A stretch of DNA of 64,000 nucleotides from an uncultured Acidobacteriota bacterium (GCA_963751025.1 CAVVTC010000005.1:414515-478514), one strand, 5' to 3'. Positions 50,635 through 59,528 are shown, counted from the first letter of the stretch. Program-made: numbers and translations. The notes: generated by a model from the letters alone, not told the origin.

Positions 50635-51031
50635 ATGAAGCAGATATCCCGTTGGTCGATGGCGCTCGTGGTCATCGTCCTGATCGGCTGTCGCGGGCTC
50701 GAGCGCGCGCGCTGGACAGGCGGCAAAGGTAGACGTGACCGGCGCGTGGATCTTCACCGTCGAATCCACGGCCGGCAAGAGCAACCCGACGCTGACGTTC
50801 AAACAGGACGGCGAGAAGCTGACCGGTCAGTACTCGTCGCAGTTGATGGGCGAAGCCCAGTTGTCGGGCACGGTCAAGGGTCAGGCGATCGACTTCATCG
50901 TCTCCGCCAGCGTGCAGGGCACACAGGTCGAGCTGAAGTATGTCGGGACGGTCGAGAGCAAGGACTCGATGAAAGGCACGCTCTCGGCTGGCGATCTCGG
51001 TGGCGGAACATTCACGGCTGCTCGAAAGTAG
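50635..51031 (+). pseudogene. Small secreted protein of unknown function, one frame break near 50690
   Basis: MKQISRWSMALVVIVLIG | AVAGSSARAGQAAKVDVTGAWIFTVESTAGKSNPTLTFKQDGEKLTGQY...GTLSAGDLGGGTFTAARK (ORFs 50635.. and 50735..51031). Confidence 0.5.
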
Positions 51032-51039
51032 AATCGCAC

Positions 51040-52013
51040 ATGATGAGAAAACTCGCTGGCCTCGCGCTCGTGGGTGTCGTGGTCTCGTGCATCGGCGCTG
51101 AGTCGCTGCGCGCGCAGGCTCCCGCACAAACTGCCGCTCCTGCCGCCTTCGAGGTGACGTCGGTCAAGCCAAGCAACCCGAACGCGAGCGGGACCATTCG
51201 GATCCATCCCGATGGTCCTGCCGCAGGGTCTGGGCGGATTCACGGGCACGAACGTCCCGCTGCGGCTGCTCGTCCGCATGGCGTACGGCCTCCAGGACTT
51301 TCAGATCATCGGCGGCCCCTCGTGGCAGATGTCGAGCAAGTTCGACTTCTCGGCCAAGGCCGCCGAGGGCACGAGTCAAGAACCCGGCGGATCTGACGCC
51401 GCTCCTGAAGAGCCTGCTGGCCGATCGCTTCAAGCTGAAGACGCACACGGAAACGAGAGAGCTGCCGATCTACGCGCTGATCGCCGCGCGCAGCGACGGG
51501 AAGCTCGGCCCGGACATGAAGCCGTCCACTTCGGACTGCTCCGGCGCCGCGGCCGAGGCACAGAAGCGCGCCGAGGCGATCCTCAAGGGCGGCCCGGCGG
51601 CACTGATGTCGATGTTGCCCAAGCCGGGAGAGACGGCGAAGTGCTCCATCTCGCCGGCAATAGACCTGGCCAATCCGTCCGCCGGGTTTGGCCTCCGCGC
51701 CGACGGACTGCCGATGGCGCAGCTCGCGGCGATGCTGACCCAGTTCACCGGGCGGAGCGTCATCGACAAGACCGGGCTCAGCGGGCTGTACGACTGGGTG
51801 CTGCGGTTCGATCCGCAGGTCCTCCTCGCCATGCTGGCTCAACAGACCGGCATCAACATGCCTGCAATTGGAGCGCAGGCGAGCACGCTCTTCGCCGACA
51901 GCCCGTCACTCATGACCGCTCTGCAGGAACAGCTCGGTCTCAAGCTCGACTCGCAGCGCGGGCCTGTTGAGGTGCTCGTCATCGACAGCGCCGAACTCCC
52001 GGAACCCGATTAG
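51040..52013 (+). pseudogene. TIGR03435-family secreted protein 2, two frame breaks (about 51208 and 51385)
   Basis: MMRKLAGLALVGVVVSC...FEVTSVKPSNPNASG | MVLPQGLGGFTGTNVPLRLLVRMAYGLQDFQIIGGPSWQMSSKFDFSAKA | DLTPLLKSLLADRFKLKTHTETRELPIYALI...VIDKTGLSGLYDWVLRF...ALQEQLGLKLDSQRGPVEVLVIDSAELPEPD. Confidence 0.8.
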
Positions 52014-52020
52014 CGCAGTA

Positions 52021-52160
52021 CCGAGGTAACGGAGGTGACGGAGGAAACGGGATCACACGGAGAAACGGAGCAACGGAGAATTCTTTTCAAAAGAGTCTCC
52101 GTTTCTCCGTTGCTCCGTGTGAATCCGTTCCCTCCGCAATCTCCGTTCCCTCGGAACCGC
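52021..52160. repeat. Long imperfect hairpin built from ACGGAG / CTCCGT octamer-like units (element B)
   Basis: Six ACGGAG-type units sit on the left and six CTCCGT-type units on the right, around cttttcaaaag. The arms are about 57 nt and mostly complementary by hand alignment. Confidence 0.6.
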
Positions 52161-52162
52161 AG

Positions 52163-52218
52163 TTGACATCCGTCCGTGAAGGCGAATATATTCGCCGTGG
52201 GCGAAAAAATTCGCCCAC
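52163..52218 (+). promoter_or_regulatory. Sigma-70-like promoter with two GGCGAA-N4-TTCGCC dyads (candidate BlaI operators)
   Basis: TTGACA (52163-52168), 18-nt spacer, TATATT (52187-52192). Dyad 1, GGCGAATATATTCGCC (52181-52196), overlaps the -10. Dyad 2 is GTGGGCGAAAAAATTCGCCCAC (52197-52218). The SD GGAG and a GTG at 52233 follow. Confidence 0.55.
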
Positions 52219-52232
52219 CAGACGGAGTCGCC

Positions 52233-52628
52233 GTGAAGAAGCCGCCTCACCTCCACCTCACTCGACGCGAAAGCCAGATCATGGAAATCCTCCACCGGCG
52301 GCAGCGCGCCGCCATCGAGGAGATCCGAGCCGAGCTGCCCGACGCGCCGACGCCCTCGAGCGTGCGCAAGCTGCTCGAGATCATGATCGACCGCGGCCTG
52401 CTCCGCCGCGAGTACGACGGTCCGCGCTACATGTATTTCCCGGCCGCCAAGCCGCAGGACGCGAGCCGGTCCGCGCTGCAGCAGGTCGTGCGGACGTTCT
52501 TCAACGACTCCCCGGGGTCGGCGATGGCCGCCCTTCTCGACATCACCGATCAACCGCTGTCCGACGCCGAGTATCAGCGGCTGACCGCGCTGCTCAAGCA
52601 GGTTCGCGAACAGGGAGGAAAGTCATGA
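52233..52628 (+). CDS. blaI: BlaI/MecI/CopY-family transcriptional repressor
   Basis: LTRRESQIMEILHRRQRAAIEEIRAEL...PSSVRKLLEIMIDRGLLRREYDGPRYMYFPA. A GTG start at 52233 is preferred over the ORF-track start at 52176 because the promoter and dyads lie between them. Confidence 0.8.
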   Translation: MKKPPHLHLTRRESQIMEILHRRQRAAIEEIRAELPDAPTPSSVRKLLEIMIDRGLLRREYDGPRYMYFPAAKPQDASRSALQQVVRTFFNDSPGSAMAALLDITDQPLSDAEYQRLTALLKQVREQGGKS

Positions 52629-54900
52629 GCGCCCTCATTGAAGTCGCCCTCAAGGCCTCGATCCTCATGGCCGGCGCCGCAGCGGTCGTCGCGGCTGATG
52701 TCTCGGGCCTCTGCGGCGACGCGGCACTTCGTGTGGACCTTGGCGATCGCCGGCCTCCTGCTGTTGCCGATCGTCACCGCGGTGCTTCCGACGTGGGAAG
52801 TCGCCGTACCGATTCTGCCGAGCTGCCGCACTGGAGCCGATCGATGCACCGCGCGCGGCCGGCGTCGCCCCATCGATTCCGGTCGCGCCGGACGGCGGCG
52901 TGGCGAGTGCCGCGCTCGCACCCGAGTCGAGCCCGATCGCGGCACGCGTACCCTGGGCGATGATGGCGGCCCTGCTCTACGTGCTCGGACTGCTGACGCT
53001 GATCGCTCGCCTGCTCGTGCAGCGGCGGATGGCGCGACACATCGCGCGCCAGGCCACGAGGGTCGTCGATCCGGAATGGACGAGGCTGCTCGCGCAGTGT
53101 GCGGCGCGCGTGGGCGTCGAGCGGCCGGTGACACTGCTCCGCAGCCGCGAGCAGCTCATGCCGATGACGATGGGCACAATCGCGCCGATCGTGGTGGTGC
53201 CGGCAGACGCAGACGCCTGGGACCAGGATCGCCGACAGGCCGTGCTGCTCCACGAGCTGGCGCATATCGCGCGGCGTGACTGCTTGACGCAGATGCTGGG
53301 CGCGATCGCCTGCGCCGTGTATTGGGTTCATCCGGCGGTGTGGTACGTCGCCCGCCGCCTTCGCATCGAGCGCGAGGTCGCCTGCGACGATCGCGTGCTG
53401 GCCGCCGGTGCGCACGCACCGAACTACGCGGAGCATCTGCTCGAGCTCGCCTATGCCTGGAGCGGCCGCCGCGCACCGGCTCTCGTCGTCGGCATGGCGG
53501 GCTCGAAGAAGCTCGAAGGACGGATGCGCGCGGTCCTGGATTCGACACGCAATCGCACGACGCCGACGCGCCGCGCGTGGCTCGCCGGGACGGCCGTGGC
53601 GACGGCGCTCCTGTTGCCGATTGCCGTGGTCAGCGATGACGATGACCAACGCGTCCGCCGACGGGCGGAGCACGCTGGCGGTGTCGCTGGATGAGGCGGC
53701 ACTCGAGCAGGACGTGCAGACCGCAGGTGGATCCGACAGGATCCAGGCCGCGCTGCAGCGGATCCTCGCCGATGTCACCGGCACGTGGGAGATCAGGCCC
53801 GGTCGGACCGCCGAACGGGTGTGGATACGTCTCAAGGCGCGGGGCTTGGCCGAGATAGCGGCGAGCTCGGCGAGGTGCCGTTCGACCGCTTCGCGCCGCG
53901 CTCCTGTCAAGCGAATGGGCCGATTCGCTTCAACATCGCGCGTGAAGCTGGCACGCTGCAGATTGAAGGCACTCTGAAGGCCAGTGCTGGCTCTGGGACC
54001 TTCACATTCGTGCCCAGCGAGACGTTCATCGCCGGCCTCACCGCCCGCGGCTTTGCGCGTCCCAGCGCTCAGCAGCTGTTCGCGCTGGCGCAGCACGACA
54101 TCGGGCTCGCATTCGTCGACGAACTGGCGGCGCAGAAATACGCACGGCCGGAGGTATCCGAGCTGGCGCGCGCGGCAAACCACGGTGTCGGGATCGACTT
54201 CGTCCGGGAGCTGGCTCAGGCCGGATACCAGCTCGGCACGGTTGACGTGCTCATTCGCTTCCGGGATCACGGCGTCGATCCGGAGTTCATTCGCGAGCTG
54301 CGCGCGCAAGGCCTGAGCGATCTCTCACCGGACGATCTCGTTCGTGCCCGCGACCACGGCGTGGACGCGGAATACGTCGGCGGCCTCAAGGACCTCGGAT
54401 ACGCGCCGCTGCCGTTCGAGACGCTGGTTCGCGCCCGCGATCACGGAGTGGACCCCGAGTACATCAGCGGGATGCGTCAGCTGGGGGCGACACAGACGCT
54501 GGAGGATCTGATCAGGACGCGGGATCACGGCGTCGATCCCGAGTTCGTCAGCGAGATGCGCCGTGTGGGTTACGCATTGATGGTTCCCGAGTTGATCAGG
54601 GCGCGCGACCATGGCGTGACGCCCGATTACATCGAGTCGATGGCGGCCGTCGGCTACAAGAGTCTGCCCATCGAGACGCTGATCAGGCTCCGCGATCACG
54701 GCGTCACGCCGGACTATGTGGAGGAGGCACGGAAACGCGGCTTCAAGGACTTGCCCGCCGACGAGATCATCCGCCTTCGCGATCAAGGGACTGGCAGCCG
54801 CAGAACGGTACTGGGGAAGTTGCACGACGCCATTGCCACGTTCCTGTTCGAGTTCAGCGATGAGGTCTCGGCGTTTCTGGAGGAGACGCAGAAGAAGTGA
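52625..54900 (+). pseudogene. blaR1: BlaR1-like M56 peptidase sensor-transducer with repeat-rich C-terminal domain, at least 4 frame breaks
   Basis: ATGA overlap with blaI. MSALIEVALKASILMAGAAAVV..., MPMTMGTIAPIVVVPADA...AVLLHELAHIARRDC (HEXXH)...WVHPAVWYVARRLRIEREVACDD, then the 28-29-aa repeats, spread across ORFs 52163.., 52638.., 52900.., 53408.., 53785..54900. Confidence 0.8.
54070..54789 (+). repeat. Eight to nine tandem 28-29-aa coding repeats (LIRxRDHGVxPEYI...G) in the BlaR1-like C-terminus
   Basis: Hand count of repeat starts at residues 156, 185, 214, 242, 270, 299 and 328 of ORF 53785..54900, plus two degenerate units before them. Confidence 0.75.
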
Positions 54901-54906
54901 CGTGAA

Positions 54907-57588
54907 TCAGTCGGCTCGAAGCGCGATCAGCGGATCGACGGTCGTCGCACGACGGGCGGGCACGAACGAGGCGACCAGACAAATCGCCAGCAGCAGCCCG
55001 GCTACGGCTGCATACGTGACGGGATCGAACGGGCTGACGCCCACCAGGAGTCCCTTGAGCGAACTGCGCGAGACCCGCTGCGAGCACGACCCCGATGCCG
55101 ATGCCGATCACCGCGAACCGTCCGCCGCGTGCGAGCACGTCGCGAATGATGTCGCCGGCTCGTGCGCCGAGCGCCATGCGCACACCAATCTCCTGCGTCC
55201 GCTGGCCGACGTGATACGCAATCATCCCGTAAAGCCCGATCGACGCGAGCAGCACGCCCATGCTTCCGAACAGGCTGGTCAGGAACGCGCCGATCCTGAA
55301 GATGAAGAACGCGCTCTCCGTTATCGAGATGCTCCATCATCGGACGGACGTCGTAGACCGCGACCTCAGGATCAGCCTGTGCAAGGGCTTGTCGAACCGC
55401 CCGCGCCAGATCGATGGGTGAGCCGGACGTTCTGACCGCGACGGTCGCCGACACCGGAGACGTTTGCGCGACCGGCCGGAAGATCGCACCGCGCGGCGGT
55501 TCGCCGACGTTCTGATACTTGCCGTTCTGCACAACGCCGACGACCTCGACCCTGTCGCCATCGGCAATGCAGCGTCCGACCGAGTGGGCTGTGACCCGGC
55601 CAGAACTCCTGGGCCAGTGTCTGGTTGATGATGACCACCGGCGTGCTGCCGGCTCGATCGCGCGCATCGAACACTCGTCCCTCGATGAGCCGCACTCGTG
55701 CGGTCTCGAAGTACTCGGGACTGATGTCGGCCTCGGCCGCCATGGGCGGCCGCCAGTCGGGATCGGACGGTCGCGGCTCGGGAATCACTTCGGCGGCTTC
55801 GCCGATGATGCCGAGTGGCGGAAATTGAATCCACGCCACCTGCGCCACGCCAGGAATCGCGACGATGCGATCGTGCGCGGCCGCATAGAACGCCAGACGC
55901 TTCTCGAAGTCGTAACCCTGGAGTGCCGGAGCGGTCGTCGCGAGCAGCATCCCTTCGGGCTCGAAGCCCAGGTCGATCTGGCGCGCCCTGTCGAGACTGC
56001 GGACGAACAGACCGCCGCTGACGAGCAGCGTCAGCGACAGCGCCACTTGGACAACGACCAGCGCGTTCCGCATCTTGCCGCCGGATCTGTCAGCGCCACC
56101 GCGGGCACCGCTCTTGAGACGTCGTCCCGAGATCGGCGCGGTACGCCGCCAGCGCCGGTGCAAGTCCGGCGAACGACTCCCGCCCCACCGGCCATCACCA
56201 GCATCGGCCACGAGCACGCGGACATCGACGCGAAAGTCAGGATCGAACGCGATGACCGAGGTGACGGTCGAGAAGACGTTGCCCAGCGCGGTCGTCGCCG
56301 CCGTCACGACGGGAATCGCCACGATGCCACCAAGCAGTGCCAGCGTCACGCCCTCGGTCAGAAACTGTCTGGCGATTCGGCCGCGTCGCGCGCCGAGTGC
56401 GGCGCGCAGCGCGACCTCGCGTCCGCGGCTGGCGGCTCGCGCCATCAGTAGATTGGCGACGTTCGCACTGGTGATCAGCACGAGCACGACCGGCGAGTGC
56501 GGCCAGCATCGTCGTGGCGAGGCGCAAGAATCCGCCGAGCGGTGGGTTCGGACGCGCATGCGTCTCCGGGATGACGCGCAGCGAGATGTTCTTGTGCGTC
56601 TCCGGATAATCGCGCGCCAGCCGTGCGGCGCGAACGTTGAGCGCCGCGCGGGCCTGCTCGAGCGAGACGCCGCGCTTCAGACGTCCCAGCACCGAGAAGG
56701 TGCGCACCGAGCGATCGTCGAACGTCTGTCACGTCGGGCCGCCAGCTCATAAAGGCGTCAATCATCCACACCGGCACATATACCGAGACACGCAGCAACG
56801 ACTCGGTGCCGCGAAACGCCGACGATGAGACGCCAATGATCGTGAACGGCTGGCGGCCCAGCCGTATCGTGCGGCCGATAACGGATGGATCGCCGCCGAA
56901 GCGCGACTGCCAGTACGCGTAGGACAGAACCAGGACCGGAGCGTCGCCGGGCGCGCGGCCTTCATTCGGCTGAATGAGTCGTCCCGCCGCAGGCTGCACG
57001 CCCAGCATCGAGAAATAGTTGTCCGTGACCAGTTCGAGGGTGATGCGCTCAGAGGCCCCGTCCACGCTCAGAGAGGCGGCGCGCGGCACGTAGCCGATCG
57101 CGTCCGACAGCACTGAGGCTTCGGCCCGATAGTCCAGGAAGTCCTCGGTAGGACACGTAGTGGTTCAATCCGTCCTGATGGCTGATCGAGATGAGCTGTT
57201 CGGGGTGGTCAGCGGCCAGCGGTCTGAACATGACCGCATTGAGCACGGCGACCATACTGGTCATGGCGCTCATCCCGATAGCCAGCGTGAGCACGGCCGA
57301 TGCCGCGAAGACTGGCGCGCGACGAAGGGAGCGCAGCGCGTAGCCGACGTCCTGCTTCAGGATCGCCGCGTGCTCGCGCGGCGCCGTGGTGAGGACGTCG
57401 CGAGCCACGTCGAGCCAGAGTCGGAGCAGCGCGCCGACGCCTCCTTCGCGTCGCGCCTCGCGGTGCTGCGCGCGAAGCGTCTGCTCTATATCCCGTCCGT
57501 GATCGGCCCGGAAGTCGAACGGAAAGACGCGCAGGACGACGCGAAAGATTCGATCGGTCCACGAGGCCGGACGCCGGGGGGCGCTCAC
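54907..57588 (-). pseudogene. ADOP-family orphan permease 3, at least 8 frame breaks
   Basis: GTG start (GTGA overlap with PadR). The sequence reads ...RVFPFDFRADHGRDIEQTL..., LRRAPVFAASAVLTLAIGMSAMTSMVAVLNAV, SANVANLLMARAASRGREVALRAALGARRGRI, LYGMIAYHVGQRTQEIGVRMALGARAGDI. The hand-translated end is ...VDPLIALRAD-stop at 54907. Confidence 0.85.
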
Positions 57589-57953
57589 ACCGACCTCGGG
57601 CGCGGCACGAGCTTTTTCTCCCGCGCCATCTCGACGATCGACTCGAGCCGCTCGATCTCCGCGGCGGCGACTTTGCGCCCGAGCGGCGTCAGACGGTAGT
57701 ACCGACGACGCTCATCGTCGAGCGAGATGTCCGGCCGTTCGTCGGTCTCGACGATCAGGCCGTCGGCCTCGGCACGGCGAATCAGCGCATACAACGTTCC
57801 TGCGCTGAGGCGCACGGTCTCGTCCGTACGCCGCGCGATCTCCTTGATGATCGCGTAGCCGTGCTTGTCGCCGTCGGCCAGCGCCACGAGCGTGTGCAGC
57901 ATCGGTGGGGTCAGCGGCAGGAATGCCTCGACTCGGTTGCGGGATGACGTCAC
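57585..57953 (-). CDS. PadR-family transcriptional regulator
   Basis: Intact 122 aa: MLHTLVALADGDKHGYAIIKEIARRTDETVRLSAGTLYALIRRAEADGLIVE...RRYYRLTPLGRKV. GTG start with SD gagga. Confidence 0.9.
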   Translation of the reverse strand: MTSSRNRVEAFLPLTPPMLHTLVALADGDKHGYAIIKEIARRTDETVRLSAGTLYALIRRAEADGLIVETDERPDISLDDERRRYYRLTPLGRKVAAAEIERLESIVEMAREKKLVPRPRSV

Positions 57954-57991
57954 GACTTGTCCTCTCGTGGCAGCGGACCTTCAGACACCTC

Positions 57992-58017
57992 GTAGAGGCG
58001 GGCCTTCAGGCCCGCCT
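57992..58017. repeat. REP-like GC hairpin (family copy 4)
   Basis: gtagaggcgggcc-ttca-ggcccgcct. A half-copy, gcggaccttcag, lies just upstream at 57973-57984. Confidence 0.6.
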
Positions 58018-58132
58018 AGGCCGTACTGTCGGCACACTATAGCGCACGAGCGATATAGACGGAAACGACCCGGCAAGAGTTGCCGAGGGGACATCTCAAG
58101 GGGTTCCAGACGGGGTCCGACGCCTGCTGAAC

Positions 58133-58306
58133 ATGCAGCACGCGAATATCCGCGCGCTGCGGCGAAGCTCCGGTGTTACCGGCGTGCAGGCCGTCAACAC
58201 GACGTTCATGCGCGAGAACGTCGTGACCCTGCGCGTGCTCGAGAACGAGCTGGGCGCGAAGAACGCCTGGCTGCTCCCCGTGCCGTCCTACTACGTGCGC
58301 TACTGA
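58133..58306 (+). CDS. Possible 57-aa ORF or 3' remnant of a larger gene, ending in an OMP-like beta-signal (…PSYYVRY)
   Basis: MQHANIRALRRSSGVTGVQAVNTTFMRENVVTLRVLENELGAKNAWLLPVPSYYVRY. By hand count about 53 of 57 codons end in G/C, which is coding-like for this genome. No SD was seen, and it overlaps the assembled ku tail. Confidence 0.35.
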   Translation: MQHANIRALRRSSGVTGVQAVNTTFMRENVVTLRVLENELGAKNAWLLPVPSYYVRY

Positions 58307-59105
58307 CCGCGCGGCGGCCACCGCCGCGACGGCCGCTCGATGTGTCGAGGCTCTGACGCAGCCGCTCCATCAGATCGACCACCTTGGCCTCGCGAGGCGC
58401 CTCTTCCGACACCAGATCGGCCTGCTTGCCCTTCATCTTCGCCTTGATGACCCGCATCAGGTTGTCGCGGTAGTCGTCGGTGTACTTCTCCGGCTTCCAC
58501 TCGTCGGCCAGGCTCTCGACGAGCGACGTCGCCATGTCGAGCTCCTTCTTCTTGACCGGTACTCGCTTCGGGAGCTTGAGCGTCGAGGTGTCTACCAGTT
58601 CGTCGGCAAAACGAAGCGTGGACAGCACCAGCGCCTCGTCCACGACTTCGACCGCAGCGAGGTGCTGGACCTCGCGCATGATGAACTTGGCGATGCCGAT
58701 GCGGCCCGACTCGCGGATCGCCTCGCGCAACAATCCGTACGCCACATCACCGCCTTTACCAGGAGTGAGGTAGTACGGCGTGTCGAAGAAACGATCGTCG
58801 ATGGCTGACGCCTCGACGAAGTCGAGAATATCGATGCGCCTGGTCTTCTCGAGCGCGGCGGCGGTGAAGTCCTCCTTCGTGAGCACCACGAAGCGGCCCT
58901 TCTCGTACTCGTAGCCCTTCACCAGGTCGCCCCACGCAACGGCCTCCCCTTCCTTCTGACACACGCGCTCGTAGCTGATCGGCGATCGATCCTTCGCGTG
59001 GAGCAGCCGGAAGTGCGGACGATGGTCGCGCACAGCCGTGTGGACTTCGACGGGAATATTCACGAGGCCGAACGACAGCGCGCCGGTCCAGATTCCTCGG
59101 GCCAT
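58206..59105 (-). CDS. ku: Non-homologous end-joining protein Ku; 3' end uncertain
   Basis: MARGIWTGALSFGLVNIPVEVHTAV...YERVCQKEGEAV...KGYEYEKGRFVVLTKEDF...FDTPYYLTPGKGG...AYGLLREAIRESGRIGIAKFIMR. The R-rich tail after about 58310 has low third-position GC, and an alternative stop exists at 58300 one frame over. Confidence 0.85.
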   Translation of the reverse strand: MARGIWTGALSFGLVNIPVEVHTAVRDHRPHFRLLHAKDRSPISYERVCQKEGEAVAWGDLVKGYEYEKGRFVVLTKEDFTAAALEKTRRIDILDFVEASAIDDRFFDTPYYLTPGKGGDVAYGLLREAIRESGRIGIAKFIMREVQHLAAVEVVDEALVLSTLRFADELVDTSTLKLPKRVPVKKKELDMATSLVESLADEWKPEKYTDDYRDNLMRVIKAKMKGKQADLVSEEAPREAKVVDLMERLRQSLDTSSGRRGGGRRAVSSARSRTARGAARRSSRPARSRARAGSRRSRA

Positions 59106-59116
59106 GTCAGATGAAA

Positions 59117-59132
59117 AGCAAGCGGAGCGCCA
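59117..59132 (-). promoter_or_regulatory. Sigma-54-type -24/-12 candidate for ku; predicts an essentially leaderless mRNA
   Basis: The minus strand reads TGGCgCtccgcTTGCT (10 of 12 consensus positions). The C of the -12 GC is at 59118, so the TSS is predicted at about 59106, 1 nt before the ku ATG (59105). No SD is present. Confidence 0.4.
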
Positions 59133-59157
59133 CGACGCGAATGCTGAGCCACGTCCA

Positions 59158-59173
59158 TGGCACGACGCGTGCT
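59158..59173 (+). promoter_or_regulatory. Sigma-54-type -24/-12 candidate for csbD
   Basis: TGGCACGacgcgTGCT (11 of 12 consensus positions). The predicted TSS is about 59184, and the 27-nt 5' UTR contains the SD gggaggaagg. Confidence 0.45.
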
Positions 59174-59210
59174 CCCTCAGCGGCATACCTCGGGAGGAAG
59201 GAAGAACACA

Positions 59211-59432
59211 ATGAACGAAGACACCCTCAAGGGACAATGGATGCAACTGAAGGGCAAGATTCGCGAACAGTGGGGCAAGCTCACTGACGATGACGTGGAC
59301 CAGATTCAGGGAAAGTCCGAACAGCTGATCGGAAAGCTCCAGAATCGCTACGGCATCGCGCGCGATGAGGCTCAGCGGCAGGTGGACGCGTGGGTCACGA
59401 ACACGCACATCGAGCCGAGCCCGTCCCGCTAG
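59211..59432 (+). CDS. csbD: CsbD-family general stress protein
   Basis: MNEDTLKGQWMQLKGKIREQWGKLTDDDVDQIQGKSEQLIGKLQNRYGIARDEAQRQVDAW. Confidence 0.85.
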   Translation: MNEDTLKGQWMQLKGKIREQWGKLTDDDVDQIQGKSEQLIGKLQNRYGIARDEAQRQVDAWVTNTHIEPSPSR

Positions 59433-59447
59433 CGCTCAAAATGGAAA

Positions 59448-59482
59448 CGCTCCGATGGACCACATTCGGGTCCATCGGAGCG
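59448..59482. terminator. Bidirectional intrinsic-terminator-like hairpin
   Basis: Perfect 14-bp stem cgctccgatggacc / ggtccatcggagcg with the 7-nt loop acattcg, between convergent csbD and the lipoprotein gene. Confidence 0.7.
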
Positions 59483-59528
59483 GTAGGTAAGCCTCGTCAC
59501 ACATCAAGCAGCCGACGTCACATCCAAC

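Noticed and set aside
52021-52160. Possible CRISPR array, suggested by the many short ACGGAG repeats.
   Set aside because: The units are only 8-9 nt long with no unique spacers. The two halves are mutually complementary, and no cas genes are present. It is a hairpin element, not a CRISPR array.
58206-59105. A complete NHEJ module (ku plus ligD).
   Set aside because: Only ku is present. No ligase, polymerase or nuclease-domain gene was found within the window.
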